Below, one piece after another: positions 50,551 through 64,000 of a stretch of DNA of 64,000 bases (positions are counted from its first letter, which is position 1; every line of letters starts with the position of its first letter). The position numbers and the translations under genes are program-made. The notes under the pieces were generated by a model. The model did no database searches. It saw only the letters and a list, made by a program, of their open reading frames with translations, and had not been told where the DNA came from. Where the stretch lies: contig JAQGDQ010000059.1 of assembly GCA_030141605.1 (NCBI GenBank), positions 1-64,000 on the forward strand, in the 5' to 3' direction. The DNA comes from Tubiluchus corallicola. Taxonomy: Eukaryota > Animalia > Priapulida.

Positions 50551-53034
50551 TCGAGGCCCTTAATGCCTGCTATCTCTTGGCTTGCATGTAGACAGTAAGT
50601 CAGTGACTGCAAGCTTACTTAGAAATTCTGTTTAGCTGCTTTTTTAAAAATCTGACTACGATTTGTACTTTTTTCATAGAGTTTCATTTCTGCCAATGTA
50701 CATGGAGATATGTGTTAACGAAAAAAGGTTATTTGGTTGAGAATAACACCAGTAAGGTAGTTACTAGATTACTAAAACTGCTGCTAGGGGCAATGTTCAA
50801 AATCTTGAAAAATAAATACTTAAATAGTATTTATTTATTCAGTTGGGGTAAATAAGATGCATTTAGTTTTAGATAAATGCTGGCCTTAAAGGGTTAGCCA
50901 TATAGTTTATATTATATGAAATGGATAACAAATGATTAGCTAAGAAGCATTGATTACAACTTTTATGCTAAGTGTACATTGAGTACTGATGACAACTTCT
51001 CGCATCAGTAATATAATGTATGTATAACATCAGTTGAGAAAATGTGTGTAGGATTGATTTTCTTAACTTGATATGACAGATTTGGTTTTTTGTTTCAAGA
51101 TTTTTTCATACCATCTTATGTGCCATAAAGCCTTGAGTGGCATTATTTTTGAAAGTCTGAAATTTTCTTACTGAAATAAAACAGTAATTTAAAAACAAGT
51201 ATTTGTGCTCTTTGTCCTTTTGCTACTGTATTTTCATCATACATCGTGCTAAAATGCTGGCCTTGTTAATCCTAAATAAATAATGTAGAATGTTATATCG
51301 ATGTATATATTTAACCGAGTGAGATGTGTTTAACATTCCGTACTATAATCTCAACAAATATTTATTATTGTAATGTTGGCCTGGGAGCGTCACTATACAA
51401 AATACAGCTAGTAACTAAAGCTTTCTCAAGCTTTGGTTTCATAGTATTACTGTTACTTTTTTATTTGTTGGCTTATTATTACTATATGTATTTAACTGGA
51501 AGTTTAGGTAGTAGGTTGTTTTTTTAAGAAAAGCATTTGTTGGGTAGCATATATATAATTATTATTCTGTTGTGTTTGAGAATATATAAGCTAGGGTTGC
51601 TTTGGATAAAAGAATGTTTGAAATTGTAAGATATTAATGTTGTTAATGTGAATACATATAGTTTCAATAGAAGTTAAATACGTGGTTAATTATTGCAGCA
51701 TTTTATATTAGTGTGGTAAACCCTTATGGTTTTATTACTCTGTCTAAATACTCTGAAATGTCTGTGCATCTCATTAGATTTTGCCTGTGGCTGGACTTTC
51801 TAATTTATTACCTAGTAATTTAGTGAATGGCAATTGTCTGATTATGCTAAATTAAACTAAATGTCTGCATAAAATTCAAAATAATATAAAGGAACGTTTA
51901 GTTTCAGAAAAAATCAAAAGGTAAAATCAGAGCACACTTTGTGCATTTGTGCACGAATGATAAATTTAGAGTTCTGCAGTAGATATTACCATAGAATTGG
52001 TTTCTGCTTAAAAACATTCTTTTCTGTATTCACTTAGTAGAATATATGACTATAATTATGTGGTCGACAATGAGTGGTTCTCATTATACAGGCTTATGTA
52101 TTTGAAAAATGAGAGCTGTGATAAACTGGCTTGACATTTGGATACAAAAGTGAATAAAAACTACCATGCAGCTCAAAGCTCTGCTTGTGCTTTTAGCGAA
52201 TTTGATTTTTTTTCTTTTAATATCTTTTACTCATCCAATATATGTTACACATATTAATGTATTTGTGTTGATATGAGTGTACTTACAGTGCAAACATTCC
52301 GAACTTGTGCATTACAAGAAATGGTTTATTCGTAATTTCACTATGGATAAAATTTTGGATATTAAACTGACTTTGAATTTAATCACATTCATTCACTGTG
52401 TTATTCTGCAGCATCAAATGTTCTGATTATGCCTGGTGAGTTTGTGAGATGTGAATTAATTTAGGCCCCAATATATACTGCCTAATGTATTATTATAGTA
52501 AGCAACAAATATTCTAAGGCACATGCATCTACACTTAACATCGAATTTGTATTCTTTGTATTTACTTGTGTGACTTGTTCCAGCACAGCACAAACTAGCT
52601 GAATTACAACTGCTTTGTAATTGCATACATGCTACTTTTTAATTAATGTTCCACTTACAACTGGTTTATTCCCAATTTGTCTGAGAATAATAAATAATTG
52701 GTTTGAAGTTTTTTATTTCCTATGATAATCATGCGTGCATCTGGCTTGACAACAATCTACATTCCAGTCCGGGCCATTTTGCCATGCTTAAAGCATCCAA
52801 TACCGTAAAATCACAATCTGAAAAAATGTCTCAAATGAAAAACATTTTAAGTAACAATGTTATAATTTACACAGAAGTACTATATAGGAACAACAAATTT
52901 TATATAGACGATCATTGGTCAACAATTGGCGATGATAAAATTCCTATTACATTGGTTGTGGATTGTCTTCTTTTGACTTTCTCGTTGAATTTAGAATGAC
53001 TAAAAGAGTACTAAACATCACTCAACCTTGTTTG

Positions 53035-53295
53035 CTATTGTAATTCACTAGCTACAGATGGTCCTACTTTTTCTAAGCGCTTCACTATATGATGACTAGT
53101 GTCTATAAAACGCTCGACACAATTACGCAGACAAGTCTCTGTTCTAGAATCAAGTTTATTTCCTGGCTTATCGGGCATGCACAAATCCCAGCATTGGTCT
53201 GTCAGCTCGTGGACAAGATGCTGGAATCGTTGCTTTTGTGTTTCACCCTCAATGAAGCGTGCCATTTGTGGGTCGATTTTTTCTTCACCAGCCAT
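53035..53295 (-). CDS. TIMM8: Mitochondrial intermembrane-space chaperone Tim8 (DDP family), 86 aa, single coding exon
   Basis: [27 protein letters not shown]...[20 protein letters not shown] with twin CX3C. Acceptor ttttttgcag| lies 43 nt upstream of the ATG, with an in-frame stop in between. Confidence 0.96.
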   Translation of the reverse strand: MAGEEKIDPQMARFIEGETQKQRFQHLVHELTDQCWDLCMPDKPGNKLDSRTETCLRNCVERFIDTSHHIVKRLEKVGPSVASELQ

Positions 53296-53976
53296 TCTTT
53301 CTCAGGTCTACAGGTTTGCAGAAGTCTTACTGATATTCCTGCAAAAAAATCGAATGTGAATGTGTAATTCTGGGCAAACGATCTTTAACAATCTACAATT
53401 GAAGCATTAAATTTTTTGAAACCATTGAGTTTTCCTGGAATAAAATTTTGAAATTTATGCACTATTTATTTCTCTTTAACCGCCGTTTACAAATTTTTCT
53501 CTTAAAAATGTGTTAGACGTGCAAGCTACAGTTACAAAGCTTACGGGGTGAGTAAATCTGGGTTGGATAATACCAATGTGGTGACTTCTGGTCAATGAGT
53601 CAAGAACAGTCAGATTTGCAGTTCAACAATTACAGCACAAGTTTTGTATTCTCAGTAAGACAAATTCATATGGGCTGAAATAGGTCAAGCAATGACCATA
53701 CTTCTGTGAAAAGTCTAGACGAGACAAATTGAATGGTACAGGTTGACACTGGTTGTGGTTGGGTGATTGAAACTGAGCAGGTCTGACTTCATCGAAATGC
53801 AGTTTCTAGTTGGGTAATTCAATGAAGGCAATTTAGACTCATACTCCTGACTCACAGGTCTTAGGACCAAAAGTGACAAGTTATGATCTCATTGAAATAA
53901 AATACAGTCAAACCTCAATGTACCACCAAACTCATTTGTAGTGGCAAAATGCCAAAGAAAGCTGCATTCAAATGTA

Positions 53977-54977
53977 CAGTAGTCACCACTTAATAGGCTC
54001 ACAGTTAATAGACTCGATCGCTTAATTGACTCAAAAACGCCTGGAACGGGCCGCTTCTATTCAAATATACATAAAAACTATCGGTAATTGACTCAAATAA
54101 CTTCGCTTAATTGACTCAATATTTTTCCTTCACGTACTTAAAATAAGACATTTGTATGTGCCCAAACAGCCTTTGCTACTTTTATGTCATCTTTACTTCC
54201 CTTTTGTGCATTATATAAGTAGAAACAATCATGTTAAGTACTATTTTGTTTGTAAACAGGTACATTTATCAGGAGGTAATACTCTAGCGTAGCGGTTTTG
54301 CATTGAATCTGTTACCCGCTCGCCCAGAATACTCTCGGCAGAAATTTGAAAAAACGATCTGAAACTGAGCAGTCAGCAAGCCAAAATGAGAATCTAGCAT
54401 CTAAGAGGCGACGCACAGGAAAAGACTGTGAAGTCTTTTAACTACGTTAGAAGTGTGGTTTACAAACACAAGAGAAAAAATGCTTGAGTGAACGCTCCTT
54501 TAATGCAACAGAAAGCAGAAGATTTGGCAAAAAAATGCTCAAGCACGCCAAGCGCTAAATGTTTTACGAGAATACCTGCACCACACAGCAACAGATTTCA
54601 ACGTCTTTATAATTACGAAAACTTCGTGAGCCAACTTCTTCGCGAGAAAATGAAGCTGCCAACTTTCAAGGAATTTTTGTAATTTTTGCAAATAAACAGA
54701 TTTGTGTGATTTAGAAAAGTATACTTTTTAAATTATTGTTAATTCACTTATATAAATTAATATTTTAAAATATTTTTTTTCTAACTTTTAACTGCACAAA
54801 GGAATTTAGGTATTACTTCGTTTCTAAAATTGATTAAAAGCCTTTGCAGTGCATAGTAAACTGATGACTCATACTTCTATAGCAGTAATACTACACCCAT
54901 CAGTTAATAGGTTCAATCGGTTAATTTGGTCAAAACACGTCGGGTCCCAAAGTGAGTCTATTAAGCGGTGACTACTG
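53977..54977 (+). mobile_element. pogo/Tigger (Tc1-mariner superfamily) deletion derivative
   Basis: TIRs CAGTAGTCACC(A/G)CTTAATAG(G/A)CTCAC with TA on both sides. CENP-B-like HTH remnants KRRRTGKD..LEVWF..VNAPLMQQKAEDLAKK. Confidence 0.9.
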
Positions 54978-55183
54978 TATATAAAATGACCTGTGATGCC
55001 ACTTCCCATTCCCCACCAGCCGACAGGCAAATTAATTTATGTCTAATGGATAAATACCGCCAGCCATCTCAACTAGCACTGGCGGCTTCTCGATATAATG
55101 CCAGCTATACGAAACTGCTACATGCTCCACTGAGTTGCTAACACTGACCAGACGCCACATGTTGTATAACATAATGCATGTTA

Positions 55184-55947
55184 CAGTCGAACCTCGTTCT
55201 ACAACCGCCCCCATAATGGCCAGCCTCGCCATAACGCCAACTTTTGCCCTGTCCCTGTTTTATAATATATTAATTATAGGGAATACCGCCATCTGCCAAT
55301 GTAACTGCTGTGCCAAAAATCTATTGTACATAATAAATTTATCCCATTATACTGCCAGCCAAGATAAAGTACAATGAACTCTGAACAGAAAAACAATTAT
55401 GGTGTTTAAATTAAGGTTTAGGTCTTCTTGCAGATGACTGTACGAAAGTGAATGTTGAGGCTTTGAACAAGGAACATGCATTTTAAGAGTGCAAGAGTTG
55501 CTAAGTTTCAGTACTGAACTGATGTGAATTTAATGTCAAGTTATATGCGGTGGCTATTTATAGTCTTAACTGTCTGGACAGTAATGTTACATTGGGAGCA
55601 TGGGTGGGTCGCCAGGCTGCATATTTCTCTTACCAACAGTAAGCTACTATACCAGTATTTCTCAAGATTGCTTCTCCATGTTGTATTATGCAAAAATTTT
55701 ACAATGTACCAGCGTTGAACTACACCTGCATTGGTAATGCAGCAGAAATATACAGCATATAACACGTATTCTTGTAGGTATAATAACATTATACTAGTTA
55801 TCCCGTATTAAAATTAACTAGGAAACAAAATTGAGGCTACACAGCAGAATGGCTTTGATATTTAATGAACCTCGTCTTACCGCCAACCCTGCTACAGCGC
55901 ATTATTCAGTGTTGTCCCAGACCTGGCGTTATAACGAGGTTTGACTG
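55184..55947. mobile_element. Tigger/pogo-like MITE
   Basis: TIRs CAGTC(G/A)AACCTCGTT with TA target-site duplication; internal subterminal CCTCG..ATAACGCC repeats. Confidence 0.85.
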
Positions 55948-57502
55948 TATCATGTTTTGAATGTTTGCAATCTGTACCGTACATTGTACAATCACAATAA
56001 TATATTATTGTCAAGGTGCCACGCAATCACAATGGCAACTGACAAAAAAAACATGTGACTTGTTTTCTAAGACTTATCGAAGCAAATCCCAAAAGAAATT
56101 TGCAGTTATGACTTAATATGTTTTTTACATATAAATGTTTAGTGGAGTACATGCTATTATATAATTGAGTAGAAGACATGTATATAATATAAACAAAAAG
56201 TTTTTAATAAAGATGATTGATTTTGAGTGAGTCATTACTTCACAAACAATTATTTTAATAATTTTCTTTTAATTCACTGATTACCTTTAGAGTGAATAAT
56301 TCTAACCTGTGTATGCTTATTTGGAAGTTTTGCAATTCAACTAGGGCAAAATTTAACACATGTCAGAAACAACTTTACAATGCAGATTATTTTTATGACA
56401 TAAAATTTTGTTTAAACTTTTTGCTGACAGAAGTATAACACAGAGCCTAACACAGTACATTATGTTCTCTTATTTTAGTCATTAGGGTCACTGAACTTTG
56501 CCACTAGATTGTATTATTATATTTATAGATTTTATGTTAGGTTTTGTGATCAGGAGGTAGTGCTATAATAATTGTGTGTTTATCAGTTAAGCATTATGGA
56601 CTTTTAGTCTTTACGCTATTATGTACGTTAAAAAATTAAAAACACTGTGTAATATTATAAGCCTAAACTATTATTATTATACCAAATAACTGCTATAACT
56701 TACTATGAATTATAACGAAATCAAAATTTAACTGAAAATTCCGAAATTTAAAAACATAGACGTCAAGCCACAGTGATGCAGTCGCAACTACGTTAATTAC
56801 CTTAACTTATAATCAACGAATAATTTTAAACTAAATATCCAAGCTAATGTCACTTTAAAGACTTAAAGTCACTAATGCAAAGCAACGAAGTCTCAAACGA
56901 TGGCTCCTGTGTATAAATACGCTTGGCAATTTGCAGACTGCTCCTTGGCTGATATATGTACATAGAAAACAACATGATAGTAATTATTTATCTTATCTAC
57001 GGATAAGTAACTCTGCCTGGAACCGATTAATGATCACTAATCAAATTAATAAATTTTCAAGTTTTTCTGACAAGACTTTACAGGAGCAGCGTTCAAATTT
57101 TTTATTGAGAAATGAACGTGAGAAGTGCTCTGATAAATCTAACTAATTTATTGCTTATTTGGACAATAATTGTTGGTGATCCTGATAGTTTGTCATGAAA
57201 GTAAGTGACAATAGAGCTTTTCCCATAATAGAAACATTACAATGTGTGAAAGCCTCTCGTGATATCAATGAAAAAATGAAATTCTTGAGTGGGACATACT
57301 CTTTTCTAATTATTTTTTCCCAGACGACGACCTAAACGCTTGAATTTCTTGCACCAGAGTATATACCGCTTCCTGTGCAGAGCCTTGTCTTCTATCGGGA
57401 AAGCCCAATGGTTCTGCGCATAATTATTTTCCCAACACTTTCAATCTTAATTTATCTAATTAACAGAATGCATTTTAGAACACATTACAAAAATAATCTG
57501 AA

Positions 57503-57752
<250 letters not shown>

Positions 57753-58189
57753 AGTGGGCTGTGGGCTCTGGGTCACACAGAATTTTTGATAGTATTATTA
57801 GCAAAAATTTGCTATTACAATAATTTACTGATGACTAGATAAGTAAACGTTATGTAGGATGCTTGCATACTATACGTTATTTACATAGATTTCTTGAGAG
57901 GCTTAGCTAGTTATATATTTGTTTATAGATTGAAGTTGTTTTGTAAAAATATATTTTTTTATATTAGTATCATAACTAAAGAAACTGTTGCCGTATGCAA
58001 AGTTGGTGGGGAAGAGCAAGTCAGCTATACGAAAAAGTGTTGCTTCAGAAACATAAAGACACAATTTATCAGAACTTAAGTAATTTATCGTGTGGTACAT
58101 GGCATAAAGGATAGAAGCATGGAGATCACTTGTTTGTGTAACAGTAATAACAAGTGCATTACGTTGCACAAATGAAATAACTATAGGTG

Positions 58190-59180
58190 AATCAGTCTAA
58201 GAGAGCACACCTTTTAGTCCAATTCTTTGTAATCTATTGATGAACAAAGTTATAAATATAGCTACATATCCAAATACTATGCTTGGTCCAAATCTAGAAA
58301 TTGGAACACTTCTATGAAATTATGTTGACGACATTTTGGATATTGGATCTAGTGAAACAATAAAAAGTGTAGTGGAGAATTTTAGGGAAACTAAGGAGCA
58401 AAAACTGGTAAGATTTAACATTAAAAAACTAAGCACATGAAAATAAAGATGATAAAAACGAAAACAATAGTTGAAATAAAAGAATCTGTTGAACATGATG
58501 TAATTAGTAAGGCAGGAACATACAAGTATCTTGGTGACTGGATTACAACTAAAAACAGATATGACATCATGTTTAAAGAAAAAAGCTAGAATGAAAGTAA
58601 TGATAATAAACATAAATAATATTGGATCAGAATCTAAAATATGCTATAAATCAACTGAAGCTAGGTTATTAATGTATGAGACAACAGTGGTACCTGCATT
58701 GCTATACAACAGTGAAACGTTGACAAATCTAACAAATGCAGAGTAAAAACGGTTAGACAGTATTCAGTTTAATGCTTTAACAAAATTGCTGTGTCAGAAA
58801 AAAGAACCCCTTTCTGGCATATTTTAGCTCAAGTAAACTGCTGACCAATTAAAAATAGAGATGAGTACAAAAGGTTCATGTTTTATCATCATGTAGTGAA
58901 TTCTGATGATGATAGAATTGGTAAACAACAAAAAATAGATTGTTCCAACAATATCGGTGTGATGAGGTTGTAAAAATTGCTAATTAAGAAATAAACAGTA
59001 ATAATATGGATTGAACAAGTAAATAAAAGCAAGAAATCTGAATGGAAAAAGATGGTTAAAAATGAACCAGCCAAAAATGTAGCAGAGCAGTTCAGAGCAA
59101 AATGCAATAAAATGACCAAATTGTGATTTCTCAAACATAATGAATTTAACAAGCAAAATTACATTTCTGAATTAGGTTTG
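58190..59180 (+). mobile_element. Decayed non-LTR retrotransposon (RT C-terminal half)
   Basis: YVDDILDIGS (catalytic YxDD), YKYLGD, YETTVVPALLYNSE remnants; heavily frameshifted. Confidence 0.7.
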
Positions 59181-59586
59181 AATACGATAAAGCGGCCGCG
59201 TGTTTCACTTTGCCTGCCTTTTCATGACGCTGGTGTGTCTGGTGATGTTGCACTTTATTAAACCCTGTCTACTTTCAAATTTTGGCATGATCTACACGAA
59301 ATGACTCTGGAAGTCATTAGAAGAATTATTGAATGTACTACGGCCATTATGTAATTTAGAATGAATGCGGAGTTCTGATATGAAGTTATACACAAGTGTA
59401 TATAGATCCTGCAGTCGTTGCTAGGGTGATTGCTTGCTGAATTGCAACGCGGATCAGATTGAACCACTACACGTATGAGAAAAAAGAGAGGACGAATGAA
59501 CTTTAAGCAGTACGTAGCAAAAGCAGGAATCGCGGTGTTTAGCAGTGCGCTTCTAACAGTCGTGATTTCTTGCTGATTAAAACAAA

Positions 59587-62500
59587 ATGGGCGACGAATT
59601 ACCGTCAGAATTTGATTGCATCGTCGTCGGAACAGGTGTGTTCTTTAGAAAAAATTGTAAAGCTTAATGTTAATTGCCGTATAAAAATAGAAATGCTAAT
59701 ACGCTATCCAAGCAAATTGATCTTTCCTTGTATGAGGCAGATACTCACATTCGTGGTGAGTAAACCCTGTCCAGTTGTTTGTTGTTGGTTTACTCTCCTA
59801 CTAGTATTAGTAATATACCGACTGGTATTAAAATAGAAGGTTTCTCGCACGGAGTTTTGAATCAAGTTTATGTTTGAAGCTATTTACCTTATTTGCACTA
59901 ACTAATGAGTAATGAGTTCCACAGTATTACTTCGGCTTGTGATTAAGTATTAACCCTATGCTTGTAGTTGTACAATTTAACACTATGCCCACGCGTAATG
60001 CTTCTATTGAGGGTAAAAAACTGGTTCGCATTGATGTCAGTAAATCCTTTAAGAATCTTGAACATTTCAATAAGTCTCCTCCTACGTCTTCTTGAAGAGA
60101 GTCGATACAGGTCTAATTTTTGCAGTTTTTGAGAGTATGAGAGTCCTTCAAGACCTATGAACTCCACAGCTCGTACTTGTACCTGTTCTAGAGCACGGAT
60201 GTCCTCTAGTAAGGGTCCCATACCTGACTGACATATTTGAGATGAGGACGAACAAGAGATTTGTATAGTGGGAGGATTATCTTAGCTCTTCTGTAAGTTA
60301 TGGTTCTACTGATTAATCCACGGATCTTGTTACTCTTAGTAATTTTCCTAGAGACATGACTTCGAAAATTTAGTTTGCTATCTGCTAACAGTCCAAGATC
60401 CACCTGTTCAGCGACTACAGGCAAATCGACATCATGAAAGCTGTATGTGGCTGGATTGGTCTGATTACCCACATGCATCCCTTACATTTACTAACAAGTG
60501 TGTTAAATTCCATCTGCCATTTATCAACCCATGCACAGATTTGGTGCAAGTCTTCTTGGAGCTGTCTCACTTGCATAGAAGAACATATTTGATATGCTAA
60601 TTTGGTATCGTCAGCAAACTTGAGAAGCCGACTAACTACATTATCATCCATGTCGTCAATGAAGATGAGAAATAACAGAAGTCCGAGGACACCTTCTTGT
60701 GACACTCATGATAGAACTGGGACAGTAGAAGAAGCACAACCCTCGACTTCAACATATTGGAATCTGTCATGTAGCCATGCTGTTATCCAGTTAGGCAGCT
60801 GTCTTTATGTGGGACTTTGTCAAATGCTTTTGCTAGGTCTAGGTATACTAAGTCAAGAGGACTACCATGATCCAATGTAGAGAATACATTTTCGAAAAAC
60901 TCCAGTAAATTACTTGTCACTGACCATTTCTTGAGAAACCCATGTTGAGATCTTTTTAAATAATTGTTAGATTGCAGATAGACAAGTATTTTATTGACGA
61001 CATGCCTCTCCAGCAGTCTACCAACAGTACTGGTAACTGCAACTGGCCTATAGTTTACAGGATTATTTTTAGGTCCCTTTTTATGAATCGGACTAATGCG
61101 AGATAACTTCCAATCACTGGGAATGTCACCCGTAGCTAAAGACTTTCTGAAAATTAATGTCAGTGGTTTGACCAGCGAATTGGCAACCTTAACCAGTATT
61201 TTTGGGTGAATTAAGTCTGGTCCTGCAGATGCATTGGCTCTCAGTCCAAATAACAATTTGTGTACATCATGCTGAGTTATGGTAACTGTACATAGGACTC
61301 CATCCCCCTTCGAGGTGCTTGAGATAAATTAGTCAGATTCTCTACAGTAAAAACACTCGGGAACTGGGTACTTAGAATTTCTGCCATTAATCCTGTGTCA
61401 GATACTGTTTCATTGAAAGCAGTAGTAAGTGGAGCTTAGGTCGACTAGTTCTGTTTGCATTAACATACCGCCAGAAAAAGCGTCCATCGTCTTTGATATT
61501 TAAGGCTAGCTTGGTTTCAAAGTTTCGTTTGGCAATCGGATAGTTGCTTGAGTCAGCTTTGCCTGTCTTTTGTATGTCAAAAGATCTTGATAATCAAGTG
61601 TTTGCTTTTAGACCGTGTACAAATGCTGTTTATTCCTAACAGCTTTATTGCAATTATAATTAAACCAAAGAGGTTTGCTATTATTACTGGAACTATATTT
61701 GGGTACATATTTATGAATAGACTCTTGCATTCTGTCTTTAAAAAGATTCCAACACATGTAAGCATCACCCAGACGAAACAGGTGATCATTGTAGTAGCAA
61801 TAGATTCAAAATTGGCTTTGTGAAAATTAAAACGAGAATTAAGTGGCTTCTTAAGAGATAACTGCACTACAGTTTGCCAAGTAATAACTGCATGATCTGA
61901 TGAGCCAAATTCCTCTCTAATCTCTAAGTTTTGTACTAACAACTCATCCGGTACTAATACTAGATCAAGGATATTAAAGCCTCTTGTAGGGTCAACCACC
62001 ATTTGATTAAGAAAACATTGTCGTGTAACATTAACAAATCTACTAAAGTTAGCATCCCCTTTCAAAGTAGACCAGTTTGCATTTGGAAAATTAAAATCTT
62101 TGCACAAGGTCTTCTAATGAATGCCACGTTCTGTAGTGATGGCAGCACTCTGGGTCCTTCCATTTCAGGGATTAGTCCACAATTAGCGGATCATTGTGAA
62201 TATGGATTCGTATAGGGGTACAGGGTAATAGAATTGCACCCATTCCTGCCCTCTGCTTCAATATGCTGTGGTATTACAAGCCTATAATTTGATTCAAAAG
62301 ATTCCCGAGCGTGCAACCTTACTCTTCATACATTACTAATCAATATCTATGGTTTTAGTTTACAAGCTATTACAGGCTCCAATACTTCTTTAAATGATTT
62401 ATTGACTTTTGTAACCACTGCCCGATTGCCTTCACCTTGCTTCTAAAATAAATGGTACCAGCAGTTGTGAAACTTGTGTTCTAAGCCATTTGAGTAAATT

Positions 62501-63913
62501 GACTCAAATTAAATTGCCTGTCTGATGTGTAATTTCTTTGTAATCTAAATGAAGAACTGATATAAAACAGCGTGCGCTCATATATATTTGGTGCAAAGTA
62601 GTGTAGTTTTACCTGAGATGAAAATACACGAATTGTTTAAAGAAGGGTTTTTCACTGAGCAGAAAAGCTTAGCAGCAACTCAGTTTGCTCTTTATTATTG
62701 TACTGTTTCTAACTCTGTGCTACCAGACTGACTTAGTGCTTACCTCATAATCTCACATGCAAGATCTGCTAAAATGTCATTATTTAGCAAATGTGAGTAT
62801 TTACTGAATGTACAATTTATACTGGCTTTCTTTTTCGTGCGGTTGGACTTGGGAAGCAGGGATAAAGAATCAGCGCACTTCTGATTGGACAGTTTTCAAA
62901 GTAGCCACACCTTGTCCTTGAGGGTCATGATCAAAACTCTAATATTATGGTTTTACATTGGATAATATGCTGCTTGTTTTAGCATTTGCTGACGAATACG
63001 ACAATTTCATGAAACGTCTATGGCCATTACAATACAATATGAGCATATAATGTGTAGACGAACATTAACAGCAATAGCTTGTTGGGCAATTTGAAAGATT
63101 TGCAAAGTCTTTATGTTAAATGATATTTTGGAAATTAAAGGGCATGTGGTGCATGTATGAACTTGATGCCATTGAGAGCTAAATTATACAGCTAAGAGTA
63201 GCTATTACTAGTAAGAAAAAGAAATTCATTGATTCATGAGCCGTACGAGGTGGTAACTTATAAAGATATCCAGTTCCACCTCACCAATATAGTTATATAC
63301 AGCTCCTGCACCTTAAAAATTAGCACTGCACCCGTGTTAACAGCCCTGAACAGTGTGCTTCATGCGAGGAGGAATCAATATGACCTTGGATTTTAGAAAA
63401 AGAAAAGCTGTGAATGTAGAGTTAAAGAAGTTGAAATAGTCATTAGTACTTGGATATTTTTCTTTAGTCGAGGAGTATCATAAATCATATTGCTTTCAAT
63501 ACTGTGCTAGCATTACTGTTACTATTAATTGTAACTAACTTACTAACTGGGAACAGAGAAACCATAAAGTCTTAAATGGTTTTAAGGCTAATCGTAGTTT
63601 CATCTCGTCAGTTAAAAATTGTTTTTTTTTCAGGAATGACAGAATGTATTATTGCTGCTGCATTAGCCAGAATTGGAAAACGTGTACTGCACATCGATAG
63701 GTAAGCTTTCCTGTAACTCACGTGAATCGGAATTATATAATGTTTTTGTCTGACATATATATATATATATATATATGTAAATGTTATTTATATACTCACT
63801 GTGACTAAACTCACTTTATTCACAACACTTTTCTTTGAAGAAATGATTATTATGGTGGTGCTTGGGCTTCGTTCAACTTGGATGGCATTCGCAAGTGGAT
63901 TGCCAAATACGAG
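59587..63913 (+). CDS. CHM: Rab escort protein (Rab GGTase component A, GDI/REP family), first 3 exons: 59587-59635, 63634-63700, 63841-63913; continues beyond the window
   Basis: Spliced MGDELPSEFDCIVVGTG|MTECIIAAALARIGKRVLHIDR|NDYYGGAWASFNLDGIRKWIAKYE. The LPSEFD and YYGGxWASF motifs are REP-type rather than GDI-type (YYGGES). GT-AG junctions are phase compatible. Confidence 0.93.
59880..62130 (-). mobile_element. Decayed CR1-type LINE antisense in REP/CHM intron 1
   Basis: DFNFP, ILDLVL, GSSDHAVI (APE). GPDLIHPKIL, NYRPVAVTS, QHGF, YLDLAKAFDKVPH, KFADDTK (RT). YKSLVRPHL and TRGHSVKL. Confidence 0.92.
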
Positions 63914-64000
63914 GTGAGATGTATGCATATTTCTTGTAAATGTCACTCCAGTGGTTTTGGATCTGTTTCTTGCTTACTAACTATTGTATTTGCCATTCCT

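Noticed and set aside
53089-53367. Plus-strand ORFs opposite Tim8
   Set aside because: Antisense shadows of the Tim8 CDS.

Overview
AT-rich invertebrate animal genomic DNA; the species cannot be determined from sequence. The window has two domains. Left (1-~17.3 kb): exon 1 of a ParaHox Cdx/caudal gene on the minus strand, with its large first intron and upstream region. The homeobox exon lies beyond the left edge. This domain carries candidate TCF/Helper-site and Cdx-dyad enhancers. Right: a block of housekeeping genes, namely Dcp2 (-), a three-exon small Tim (Tim10B/Tim9b, -) that the ORF track misses entirely, arfaptin (+), Tim8 (-) and the first three exons of Rab escort protein REP/CHM (+). 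These are interspersed with decayed CR1/RTE-type LINEs, hAT and pogo/Tigger-type elements, a tRNA-derived SINE and microsatellites. The most notable observation is that the Tim10B stop codon lies only 216 nt upstream of the Dcp2 ATG. The gap has no recognisable promoter but has an ATTAAA and an AG acceptor 1 nt before the ATG, suggesting a dicistronic or operon-like Tim10B-Dcp2 unit. All gene models were assembled by hand from translation and GT-AG sites; no database searches were run.
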